From Phycisphaeraceae bacterium (GTDB taxonomy: Bacteria > Planctomycetota > Phycisphaerae > Phycisphaerales > Zrk34): DNA of 64,000 bases. Each line of letters opens with the position of its first letter. Positions within the stretch are counted from its first letter, which is position 1. Of the stretch, positions 31,084 to 40,264 are shown piece by piece. The position numbers were made by a program, and so were the translations under genes. Location of the stretch: the NCBI GenBank assembly GCA_040905565.1, contig JBBDRF010000012.1:96001-160000 (forward strand), read 5' to 3'. The notes below the pieces were generated by a model. It searched no databases, was not told the origin of the DNA, and was given only the letters and a program-made list of their open reading frames with translations.

Positions 31084-31989
31084 TTATTCGACGTTTTGGA
31101 CCTGTTCTTTCATCCGGTCGATGGCACCTTTGATCTCGACGATCATGCGGGCGATGTCGGCATTGTTGGACTTGCTACCGATGGTGTTCGCTTCCCGCAG
31201 CAGCTCCTGCGTTACGAAGTCGAGCGTGCGGCCGACGGGCCGACTCTCCTCCTCCTTCAGGATGTCCGCAAACTGCTCGAGATGGGCACGCAGGCGTTGC
31301 AGCTCTTCGCTGATATCGCACCGCTCAGCAAAGATCGCCACCTCACGCACCAGGTCGACCTCCTGCACGGCAAGCTCAGCCCGGGCGGTAAGATCGTCGA
31401 TTCGGGATCGCAGGCGCTGATGATATTCCTCGACCACGCCGGGCGCACGCTCGAAAATGATGCCCAGCCGTTGCTCGATGTAATCAACGTGGGAGAGCAG
31501 GTCGTCGCGGAGACCTTCGCCTTCGCTGCGACGCATCGCCATCAGCTTGTCACATGCCTGAGCGACCAGTTCGTGAATGACGGGGCGGGCCTCGGCGACG
31601 AGCTCGGATTCGTCCGGCTGCTGCACCACGCCGGGCAGGCCCAGCAGCGACGCGAGTTCAATCACCACCGCGTCAGGGCGGCCGAGGTCGCCGACGGCTT
31701 TCTTTTCGATCGTCTCAAGATGTTCCAGGTAGCGGTGCAGGGCTGCTTCGTTGACCTCGTAAGCAGCGGTGGCGGCGGTGCGTTTGTAGCTGACGCTGAG
31801 CGTCACCGAACCGCGTGCCAGACGCTTACGCAGCAGGGATTCAAGCTCCGCCTCCATCACCGCCAGTTCCTCAGGCAAGCGAACGCTCGCTTTGAGATAG
31901 CGGTTGTTCAAGCTGCGGATTTCCACGGCGTAGGAGACCTCGTCCCGAACGCACGTCGCATCGCCGAAACCGGTCATCGACTGAATCAA
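31084..31989 (-). CDS. yicC: YicC/YloC family endoribonuclease
   Basis: IQSMTGFG, EIRSLNNRYL, DISEELQRL, GRTLDFVTQELLREANTIGSK, KEQVQNVE; TTG start inferred. Confidence 0.92.
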   Translation of the reverse strand: MIQSMTGFGDATCVRDEVSYAVEIRSLNNRYLKASVRLPEELAVMEAELESLLRKRLARGSVTLSVSYKRTAATAAYEVNEAALHRYLEHLETIEKKAVGDLGRPDAVVIELASLLGLPGVVQQPDESELVAEARPVIHELVAQACDKLMAMRRSEGEGLRDDLLSHVDYIEQRLGIIFERAPGVVEEYHQRLRSRIDDLTARAELAVQEVDLVREVAIFAERCDISEELQRLRAHLEQFADILKEEESRPVGRTLDFVTQELLREANTIGSKSNNADIARMIVEIKGAIDRMKEQVQNVE

Positions 31990-32026
31990 GCAGCAGCCTC
32001 CGTCAGCGTTGTCGTCGCAGCGGCGA

Positions 32027-32542
32027 TCACGGTTGTTCCGTGGGCGCAGGCGGCGTGTCAGATTCGGCCTCATCGGGGCTGGTCTGCTCGTTCACCGGCG
32101 CGTCGGGCGTGGTGGGGGCAGCGCCCTGTCCTTCGGGCTGATCGGGCAGCTGCGTGGGAATCTCGCTGTTTTCCAGGTCGATCTCCAAACCCTCGTCCTC
32201 GCCGGTGGTGGTCGGGGGCGTGGTTGGCTCCTCAGGCTGCTCCATCTCGATCACCTGCTGATCTTCGACGGTGGCACCGCTTTCATCATCGCGTGTGGCG
32301 TACACCAGTGCGATCGCCAGAAGCAGGAAACAGGTAAAGGCTGCGACGGTGAACCACGTCAGCGCGTCGCCCGCTTTGGCGCCGAAGACGGCGCCGCCGC
32401 CGCCTGCGCCGCCGAACGCGCCGCTGAGGCCGCCGCCCTTGGGCTTCTGGATCAGGATCACCAGCACCAGAAAGATGCAGGTGAGGATGAACAACGTGGT
32501 GAGCACGTTGACGAGAATGTTGCTTAGCGTGAGGGTGAGCAT
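32027..32542 (-). CDS. secG: Preprotein translocase subunit SecG with acidic tail
   Basis: LVILIQKPKGGGLSGAFGG, two TM helices, downstream of tpiA. Confidence 0.92.
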   Translation of the reverse strand: MLTLTLSNILVNVLTTLFILTCIFLVLVILIQKPKGGGLSGAFGGAGGGGAVFGAKAGDALTWFTVAAFTCFLLLAIALVYATRDDESGATVEDQQVIEMEQPEEPTTPPTTTGEDEGLEIDLENSEIPTQLPDQPEGQGAAPTTPDAPVNEQTSPDEAESDTPPAPTEQP

Positions 32543-32591
32543 GAGTCGCGTAATCCTTTTATCGCGGCTTGTCGGTCAGCGGGAGATGATC

Positions 32592-33356
32592 TTAGCCCGC
32601 TGCCTGCACGATGGCGGCAAAGTCGGCAGCCTTCAGCGAGGCCCCGCCGATGAGCCCGCCGTCGATGTCCTTCTGTCCGAAGAGTTCCGCAGCGTTGCCC
32701 GGTTTGCAAGAGCCGCCGTACTGAAGCCTTGTCGCCTCGGCCACCTGCTTGCCGTACATCTGCGTCAGGGCCTCGCGGATGGCCGCGTGGGCGTCCTGGG
32801 CATCCTGAGCGCTGGCCGTCTTGCCCGTGCCGATCGCCCAGACCGGTTCGTAGGCGACGACGACGCGTTGCATCTGCTCCGCAGTGACGCCAGCCAGACC
32901 GTAATATAGCTGCGCAACGTTGATCGCGTCTGTCTGGTTCGCCTCACGCTGCTCAATTTTTTCGCCCACGCACAGAATCACGTTCAGGCCGGCGTCGAGG
33001 GCCGCCCGTGTTTTCGTGTTGATCTGCACGTCGGTTTCGCCGATCACATGCCGACGTTCGCTGTGCCCCGTCAGCACCCACGTGACACCGAGATCCTTGA
33101 GCATCGCCAGGCTGACTTCGCCTGTAAACGCCCCGTTATCCTCAGGGTAAACATTCTGAGCGCCGAGCTGGATCGAACTTGAAGCCTGCTCAAGCTGCCG
33201 CGCTGTCTGCTGGAGATAGGGGAACGGCGGGCAGATCACCACGTCCGCGGCGGAGCCGGCGAGCTCCTGGGTCAGCTGCGAAACCAGCGTCTCCGCTTCG
33301 GCTGCGTTCAGGTTCATCTTCCAGTTGCCGCCCACAATGGGCTTGCGATCGCTCAT
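32592..33356 (-). CDS. tpiA: Triosephosphate isomerase
   Basis: GGNWKMN, GHSERR, AYEPVWAIGTG, YGGS, LIGGASL. Confidence 0.97.
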   Translation of the reverse strand: MSDRKPIVGGNWKMNLNAAEAETLVSQLTQELAGSAADVVICPPFPYLQQTARQLEQASSSIQLGAQNVYPEDNGAFTGEVSLAMLKDLGVTWVLTGHSERRHVIGETDVQINTKTRAALDAGLNVILCVGEKIEQREANQTDAINVAQLYYGLAGVTAEQMQRVVVAYEPVWAIGTGKTASAQDAQDAHAAIREALTQMYGKQVAEATRLQYGGSCKPGNAAELFGQKDIDGGLIGGASLKAADFAAIVQAAG

Positions 33357-33471
33357 CAGGTCTGTACTCCGCTTTGTCGGTTGGCCGTTGAAAATCGAAC
33401 CGTAGCTTATAGCACATTCCTACGTGGGTTGCACGCCATCGGGGCTTCGAGAATTGCTCTACACTACCGGC

Positions 33472-33945
33472 ATGGTCAGCGTTTTTATCGGCATCGGATC
33501 GAACCTCGGCGACAGGCGCGCCCATCTCGCCTTCGCCCAGCAGCAGTTGGCGGCGCTGCGGGAGACTCGACTGCTGGCGTTTTCCACAGTGCGCGAGACG
33601 GCCCCGGTGGGCCCGGTTGAAATGGGGGCCTTTTTGAACGCCGTCGCTCAGATCGAGACCGAGCTTGAGCCGCTGGACCTGCTCGCTGAGCTTCAGGAGA
33701 TCGAGCGACGCACCGGCCGTGTCCGCAGCATCCGCTGGGGCCCTCGGACGCTGGATCTGGACATTTTGCTCTACGGCGAGCGTATCATCCAGACGCCTGG
33801 ACTGATCGTGCCGCACCTCGAGCTTCATCGTCGACCGTTCGTGCTTGAGCCGCTGGTGGAGATCGGCCCGGATGTGCGGCATCCAAAGTTCAACAAGTCG
33901 GCAGCCGAGTTGTACCAGCAGTGCACCGAAAGCCGAGATGTGTGA
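33472..33945 (+). CDS. folK: 2-amino-4-hydroxy-6-hydroxymethyldihydropteridine diphosphokinase
   Basis: IGIGSNLGD, FLNAV, RWGPRTLDLDIL, VPH, FVLEPL. Confidence 0.95.
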   Translation: MVSVFIGIGSNLGDRRAHLAFAQQQLAALRETRLLAFSTVRETAPVGPVEMGAFLNAVAQIETELEPLDLLAELQEIERRTGRVRSIRWGPRTLDLDILLYGERIIQTPGLIVPHLELHRRPFVLEPLVEIGPDVRHPKFNKSAAELYQQCTESRDV

Positions 33946-34081
33946 ACATGCGGTGGGGGAACTCTTCCGGCGTCTGTACGTCGAAGGGTGTTAATGGTAA
34001 ATTAGATAAGGTGAAGCGGCATCTGCCTCTTACCTAACGCTGAGAATTCGCTCCCCAAAAACAGACGACGCGGCTGGAACA

Positions 34082-35245
34082 ATGAGAATGCTCTTCAAGC
34101 TATTGATAGCGCTGTCGCTATGTGTGCTGACTGCGACTGCGAGCGGTTGTGGTGACGCTGAGGAAGTTCGGCGGTACCGGGTGCCGCCGTTGGCGCAATC
34201 GGACGATCTGCCCGCACCTCCGCCGGAGACGGCTCCGCCGACGGCCACGGCTGGCGAAAACGATCAACATCAACACGACCACGGACCTGCGCGCATGATC
34301 GTGGCGATCATCGAGCACGAGGGCCGTAACTGGTTCTTCCGAATGCTCGGCCCGGCTGCGGATGTCCCTGCCGAAGTTCAGCATTACGTCACGTTTTTGC
34401 AGTCGATCGATTTCGATGAGACGGGTCCGCAGTTCGTCGTCCCCGACCACTGGCAAAGTCTTGAGGCGACTGGGATGCGGTATGCCGCGTTCCAGTTCGG
34501 GCACGCGGGACATCCGATCGAACTGACGGTGGTGCCGTTGGGGGCGGAGGCGGGGAGCCTGCTGGCGAACGTGAACCGCTGGCGGGGTCAGCTGAACCTT
34601 CCGCCGATGACCGAAGCGCAGCTCCCCGAGGTGGTGATGCGTCACGAGCTTTCCGGCCGTGAGGTGGTCATCGTCGACATCGGCGGCGGCCGGGGCGGCG
34701 GGGCGGCCGACGGCGGCAACATGGCCGACGCCCATCCCGGCCCGGGCACTCCTGCCGACGCTGTCCCCGACGCGCCAAGCAGTGTCAATGCCGCTCGGGT
34801 GCTTTACGAGGCCCCCGACGGCTGGACCGATCGCGAAGCGACCGGGATGCGTCATGCTTCGTTGGCGGTGATGGAAGGCGAGCAGATGCTGGCCGACGTG
34901 AGCGTCATCCCACTCTCCGGCGGGGCGGGTGGCATGCTGGCAAACGTGAACCGCTGGCGTCAGCAGGTGGGCCTGCAGCCGATCGACGAGCAGGGCCTTG
35001 AGCAGGCGCTGATCCCCGTCACCATCGACGGCGGGAAAGAGGCGGTCTACGTCGACCTCGTCGGCGAGCCGAATGCGGAGGGCGAACGCCTGCGGATTCT
35101 CACCGCAGTGCATCGGCAGGGCGATCTGACCTGGTTTATCAAGATGACCGGAGAGGTAGAGGCTGTGGGCGAACAGAAGCAAGCGTTTGAGCAGTTTGTG
35201 AAATCGATCCGGTTCGACGGCGGGGACGGGGGGGAGGGGGCATGA
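34082..35245 (+). CDS. Lipoprotein with internally duplicated LANVNRWR domain, upstream of cytochrome c biogenesis genes
   Basis: Lipobox-like ASGC; His-rich HQHDH; two copies of GMR..(E/D)..V.PL...AG..LANVNRWR.Q; stop overlaps the resB start. Confidence 0.75.
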   Translation: MRMLFKLLIALSLCVLTATASGCGDAEEVRRYRVPPLAQSDDLPAPPPETAPPTATAGENDQHQHDHGPARMIVAIIEHEGRNWFFRMLGPAADVPAEVQHYVTFLQSIDFDETGPQFVVPDHWQSLEATGMRYAAFQFGHAGHPIELTVVPLGAEAGSLLANVNRWRGQLNLPPMTEAQLPEVVMRHELSGREVVIVDIGGGRGGGAADGGNMADAHPGPGTPADAVPDAPSSVNAARVLYEAPDGWTDREATGMRHASLAVMEGEQMLADVSVIPLSGGAGGMLANVNRWRQQVGLQPIDEQGLEQALIPVTIDGGKEAVYVDLVGEPNAEGERLRILTAVHRQGDLTWFIKMTGEVEAVGEQKQAFEQFVKSIRFDGGDGGEGA

Positions 35246-36549
35246 GCACCGCACCGCCTGATCTCGATCATCAGAACCCCGAAGCCGAGCCGGACGAAGC
35301 GTCGACGATGCCCACGCCCGAGGGCGACCAGATGACCGCTGACCGTCGGCTGGCGCAGGTCGGGCCCGCCATCAAGCTGGTGCTTCAGCCGCTGGCCTCG
35401 CTGAAGTTGACCGTGGTGCTGTTCGCGCTGTCGATCTTCCTGGTTTTTGCCGGCACGCTGGTGCAGGTCGATCAGGGCATCGGCGTGGTGATGGAAAGCC
35501 ACTTCCGCTCGATGATCGCCTGGATTGATCTGCAGGTCTTTTTTCCGCGCGACATTGAGGTGCCCGGCTCGTTCCCGTACCCCGGCGGCTGGCTGCTGGG
35601 CAGTATCCTGCTGGCGAACCTGCTTTCCGCTCACATGGTGCGTTTCAAGCTGAACTGGAAGCGGTCGGGAATCTTCCTGACGCACGCCGGGCTGATCATC
35701 ATCCTCCTCAGCGAACTGGTCACGGGGCTTTACGCGGTGGAGGGGAACATGACGATCGAGGAAGGCACAGCGACTAACTATCTCGAGCATCTGCAGAATG
35801 TAGAGGTCGCCGTTCGGGAGGTCGGCAGCGACGAAGTGACCGTCGTCGCGGAATCGCGGCTCAAGCGTGGCGGCGTGATCGAAAACGACCTGCTGCCGTT
35901 CGACATGGCGATGCACCAGTACATGCCGCACTCGGAGGTGATGGCGCCGGGTGACGCCTCGCCTTCAGTCGAGAACCCCGCCAATGCGGGCGACGGTCAG
36001 CATGTGGTGGCGGTGCCGCGGCCGCAGGTGACGGGGGTGGATCCGGAACAACGCATCGACGCTCCCAGCGCCTACGTCACTTTCAGCGATAAGCAGACCG
36101 GTCAGCCGCTTGGCACTTACCTGATCTCCCTGTGGCTGAGCGTGAACGATCGGCCACAGCGCGTCACCGTTGACGGCAGCGTCTACGAAGTCGACCTCCG
36201 CTTCAAGCGAACCTACAAGCCGTACACGATGTACCTCGCCGATTTCCGCCACGACCGATACATCGGGACGGACATCCCCAAAAACTTCTCGAGCCAGATT
36301 CGATTGATGGACCCATCCCGCAACGTGGACCGCGACGTGCTGATCTACATGAACCATCCGCTGCGGTATGAGGGCGAGACGTTCTTCCAGTCGTCGTACA
36401 AACCCGGCGACACAGCGACGATCCTTCAGGTGGTGCGGAACCCCGGGTGGCTGATGCCTTACATCTCATGCGTCATGGTGGCGGTGGGGCTGATCGTGCA
36501 CTTCGGGCTTTCGCTGATGGCGTTCTCCCGGCGGAGGGTCAAGCAATGA
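35242..36549 (+). CDS. resB: Cytochrome c biogenesis protein ResB/Ccs1 (System II)
   Basis: LASLKLTVVL, FLTHAGLIIIL, IPKNFSS, MNHPLRYEGETFFQSSY, NPGW; lies before ccsA. Confidence 0.85.
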   Translation: MSTAPPDLDHQNPEAEPDEASTMPTPEGDQMTADRRLAQVGPAIKLVLQPLASLKLTVVLFALSIFLVFAGTLVQVDQGIGVVMESHFRSMIAWIDLQVFFPRDIEVPGSFPYPGGWLLGSILLANLLSAHMVRFKLNWKRSGIFLTHAGLIIILLSELVTGLYAVEGNMTIEEGTATNYLEHLQNVEVAVREVGSDEVTVVAESRLKRGGVIENDLLPFDMAMHQYMPHSEVMAPGDASPSVENPANAGDGQHVVAVPRPQVTGVDPEQRIDAPSAYVTFSDKQTGQPLGTYLISLWLSVNDRPQRVTVDGSVYEVDLRFKRTYKPYTMYLADFRHDRYIGTDIPKNFSSQIRLMDPSRNVDRDVLIYMNHPLRYEGETFFQSSYKPGDTATILQVVRNPGWLMPYISCVMVAVGLIVHFGLSLMAFSRRRVKQ

Positions 36550-38210
36550 AACGTTTTTCAACGCTCTTTCCGTGGTTGATTTTGGGCCTGGCGGTCGTCT
36601 TCCTCGTCGTTCAGATGATCCCGCCTCGCAGTGCGACCGATCTGGCTGTGCAGGAATTCGCCAAGTTGCCGGTCGTGGACCGCGGCCGCGTGAAGCCGTT
36701 CGATACCATCGCCCGCACGAACCTCATGAGGCTCAACGAGCGGCAGACATTCGAGGATGCTGCAGGCAATCGGCAGCCGGCCATCGTGTGGCTGCTCGAC
36801 GTACTCTCCGGCAGGGACCGCGCATGGGAGCATCGCATCTTCCGGATCGTGAACCACGACCTGCTCGACAGCCTCGGCCTCGAAGTCCGCGAGGACTTCC
36901 GCTACGCCATCGTCGATCTCGGGCCCACCATTCGTACGCTGGCGCAGCAGGCTCAGCTTGCTGACCAGCGCGAATCGCACGAGCGCACCGCCTACGACCG
37001 CAGCGTCCTGAAGCTGGCGAACGATTATTCACGCTTCACCGAGTTGGCACAGCATCAGGCGCTGAACATGGTCCCGCCGAGCGGGGATCGGGACTGGCGA
37101 CCGCTCGCGCCGGCGATGCAGGGGGCGGGCGAGGGCGCGGACGGCCCGGCGGCGCAGCTCTCCGCCATCTTCGCCGCTTACGCCAGGGACGACGCCGAGG
37201 CCTTCAACGCGCAACTTGCCGACTATCGTCAGTGGCTCAACGAGCATCTGACGCAGCAGCAGACGAAGACCGGCTTCGAAACGTTCTTCAATCGATTCGC
37301 CCCCTTCTACCAGACCTCGGCCCTTTATGTGCTGGTGTTCGTCCTCGGCTGCCTTGCATGGCTGGGGTGGACGAAACCGCTTGCGCGCGCGGCGGCCGGG
37401 GTGGCCGTGCTGGCGTTCGTGGTGCATACCGCAGCACTGATCGCGCGCATGTGGCTGGAAGGTCGGCCGCCGGTGACGAACCTCTACGCCTCCGCCGTTT
37501 TCGTCGGCTGGGGTTGTGTCGGGCTGGGGCTGGTGCTCGAGTACCTTTACCGCAACGGCATCGGACTGGTCGTCGCTGCGGTGACCGGTTTCCTTTCGCT
37601 GCTGGTGGCCCACCATCTCGGGCAGGGCACCGACACGCTCGAGATGATGCAGGCCGTGCTCGATACCAATTTCTGGCTCGCCACGCACGTCACCACCATC
37701 ACCCTCGGTTACACCGCCGTGTTTGTGGCCGGCTTCCTCGCGATCATCTACGTGTTGCGGGGCGTGTTCACACGGTCGCTCGACATCGAAGCGAGCAAAA
37801 CCCTTGGCCGCATGATGTACGGCATCCTCTGCTTCGCCATGCTCCTGAGCTTCGTGGGAACCGTGCTCGGCGGCATCTGGGCCGACCAGTCCTGGGGACG
37901 CTTCTGGGGATGGGATCCCAAGGAGAACGGGGCCCTGATCATCGTGCTCTGGGTCGCACTTATCCTCCACGCGCGGTGGGGCGGCATGATTCAGCAACGC
38001 GGCATGGCCGTCCTTGCGATCTTCGGCAATGTCGTCGTCACATGGTCGTGGTTCGGCGTGAACGAATTGGGGGCCGGGCTGCACAGCTACGGCTTCACTG
38101 ACGGCACCGTTTTCTGGCTGTTGGTGTTCGCCGGCAGTCAATTGCTGCTCGTGGGCCTCGGCTCCCTGCCATTGACGCTATGGCGCAGCACGCCCCGCCG
38201 ACTCACATGA
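36546..38210 (+). CDS. ccsA: Cytochrome c biogenesis protein CcsA/ResC with N-terminal periplasmic domain
   Basis: RPPVTNLY, FWLATHV, WWD domain GGIWADQSWGRFWGWDPKE, GLHSYG. Confidence 0.93.
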   Translation: MKRFSTLFPWLILGLAVVFLVVQMIPPRSATDLAVQEFAKLPVVDRGRVKPFDTIARTNLMRLNERQTFEDAAGNRQPAIVWLLDVLSGRDRAWEHRIFRIVNHDLLDSLGLEVREDFRYAIVDLGPTIRTLAQQAQLADQRESHERTAYDRSVLKLANDYSRFTELAQHQALNMVPPSGDRDWRPLAPAMQGAGEGADGPAAQLSAIFAAYARDDAEAFNAQLADYRQWLNEHLTQQQTKTGFETFFNRFAPFYQTSALYVLVFVLGCLAWLGWTKPLARAAAGVAVLAFVVHTAALIARMWLEGRPPVTNLYASAVFVGWGCVGLGLVLEYLYRNGIGLVVAAVTGFLSLLVAHHLGQGTDTLEMMQAVLDTNFWLATHVTTITLGYTAVFVAGFLAIIYVLRGVFTRSLDIEASKTLGRMMYGILCFAMLLSFVGTVLGGIWADQSWGRFWGWDPKENGALIIVLWVALILHARWGGMIQQRGMAVLAIFGNVVVTWSWFGVNELGAGLHSYGFTDGTVFWLLVFAGSQLLLVGLGSLPLTLWRSTPRRLT

Positions 38211-38338
38211 AAATAACTGTGACGGGCCATCTTTTAAATGTTGTGCGGCGAGTTTGCCGAAGGTAAGCTTCGTCGGTTAGTGAGTTATTTAGTGGCGGTC
38301 ATGAAGAGGATCGCCAGCGCAACGGTTAAGGAAGAGAC

Positions 38339-40261
38339 ATGGCTGGTCACACGTTTGCCATCAACGTGAACAAATATCGCGTATGGATTACTCCCGCTGT
38401 CTTGGTGGTCCTGTTCGCCGTGGTCGCCTGTACAGGCACGGGCCCGGCGGAGCCGGAGTTTTCCGCGGCCCCCATGCCCACCGGCGACCATCCCAGACCC
38501 GGCAAGGTCATCGCCGCCAACGCCCCGGCCAATCCGACCGAGCAGGAAGTCTTCGACATGCACGAGGAACTGCTCGTGAAAGATGCCTACCCCTCGGCCC
38601 GGGAGTGCGGCGTCTGCCATCCCAAGCACTACGAAGACTGGTCCGTCTCCTCCCACGCCTACGCACAGATCAGCCCCGTCTTCAACGCGATGCAGGGCAA
38701 GGTCTCCAAACTCACCAACGGCACCAACGGCGACTTCTGCATCCGCTGCCACACGCCCGTCGGCATGAACCTCAACGAGCCGACGTTCATGAGCAACATC
38801 GATCGCCACCCCACCAGCCGCGAGGGCGTCACCTGCATCGTCTGCCACCGCGTGCCCCAGGCCTACGGCAAGATCAGCGGTCGCCTCGCCATTGATCGCG
38901 GCCCGGTCATCGACCCCGTCTACGGCCCGAGGGGCGACAATAGCGTAGTTGAGCAACTGATGGCCGACGGCAAGGCCCACGCCGATCCCGACGCGCCGGG
39001 GCGACAGATCCACGCCGAGGCGAAAGAGTTCTTCCAGATCACGACCTCCGCGTTCTGCGGCACCTGCCACGACGTCACGCTGGTCAACGGCTTCCGCCTT
39101 GAGGAAGCCTTCAGCGAGTTCAAATCGTCGCCCGCCGCCCAACGCGGTGAGACGTGCCAGGATTGCCATATGGGCAAGGAACAGGGCCTTTATGCCGGGT
39201 CCGATGAGGAAAATTATCCGCACGGACCTGTCGCGGTCGTCGGTGGTGAACCCACGAAGTCGCGAAAGCTGACCAATCATCTGATCGCCGGCCCGGACTA
39301 TTCGATCGTGCACCCCGCACTGTTCCCCCTGCACCCACGGGCGATCCGCGAAGAAAGCGAAATCGACGATCCGCGTGCCGACGGACTGGCCACCATCCGC
39401 CAGTGGCTCGAGTTCGACTACGAAGCCGGCTGGGGCACCAACGAGTTCGAAGACAGCATTCCCTTCGACCATCCGTTCCCCGAACGCTGGGCGTCGATCG
39501 ACGACCGGTACGATGCGCGCGACATCATCGAAGACAACCTCGCGCTGCTCGAGCGTGCGACCGAAGCCCGTCGCGCGCTGCTGAAGCGCGGCTACGTGCT
39601 CGGCGATGTCGAAATGCTCGAGGTCAGCGAGGACGAGGTAAGCTTCAAGGTCCAGGTCCGCAACGGCACCGACGGCCACAATGTCCCCACCGGTTTCGAT
39701 GCCGAGCGTATGGCCTGGCTTCACGTGCAGGTGGTAGACGCCGACGGCAACGTGGTGATGCAATCGGGTGATCTGGATCCCAACGGCGACCTGCGCGACG
39801 CCCATTCGCTTTACGTGCATAACGACGAATTACCGCTGGATAAGCAGTTGTTCAGCCTGCAGAGCAAGTTCCTCACGCGGAATGTGCGAGGAGGCGAGCG
39901 TGAGCAGGTGCTGCCGGTGAACTACTCAATGACGCCGCTGCCGTTCCTGCGGCCGGAGCGGTCGTCGAGTGTTCTGCTAGGCCGACCGGGCGGTGCACGC
40001 AAGCACAAAAAGACGATCGAGCCGCTCGGCGAGCGGTGGGCCGAGTACTCCTTTACCGGAAGCGACCTTGCCGCGAACGGGCCCTATCAGGTACGTGTCG
40101 AACTGAAGGTCGGCATGGTGCCGGTCCATCTTGTCGCCGAGATTCAGGACGTCGGCTTCGACTACAACATGAGCGCCAAAGATGTCGCCGACGGCATCGT
40201 CGATGGGCACATGGTGCTGTGGACGAAGGACTTGACCGTCGACGTACCGCAGGGCCAGTAG
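38339..40261 (+). CDS. Pentaheme c-type cytochrome, probable lipoprotein
   Basis: Lipobox-like VVAC; CGVCH, CIRCH, CIVCH, CGTCH, CQDCH; C-terminal domain with GHNVPTG. Confidence 0.85.
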   Translation: MAGHTFAINVNKYRVWITPAVLVVLFAVVACTGTGPAEPEFSAAPMPTGDHPRPGKVIAANAPANPTEQEVFDMHEELLVKDAYPSARECGVCHPKHYEDWSVSSHAYAQISPVFNAMQGKVSKLTNGTNGDFCIRCHTPVGMNLNEPTFMSNIDRHPTSREGVTCIVCHRVPQAYGKISGRLAIDRGPVIDPVYGPRGDNSVVEQLMADGKAHADPDAPGRQIHAEAKEFFQITTSAFCGTCHDVTLVNGFRLEEAFSEFKSSPAAQRGETCQDCHMGKEQGLYAGSDEENYPHGPVAVVGGEPTKSRKLTNHLIAGPDYSIVHPALFPLHPRAIREESEIDDPRADGLATIRQWLEFDYEAGWGTNEFEDSIPFDHPFPERWASIDDRYDARDIIEDNLALLERATEARRALLKRGYVLGDVEMLEVSEDEVSFKVQVRNGTDGHNVPTGFDAERMAWLHVQVVDADGNVVMQSGDLDPNGDLRDAHSLYVHNDELPLDKQLFSLQSKFLTRNVRGGEREQVLPVNYSMTPLPFLRPERSSSVLLGRPGGARKHKKTIEPLGERWAEYSFTGSDLAANGPYQVRVELKVGMVPVHLVAEIQDVGFDYNMSAKDVADGIVDGHMVLWTKDLTVDVPQGQ

Positions 40262-40264
40262 GGC

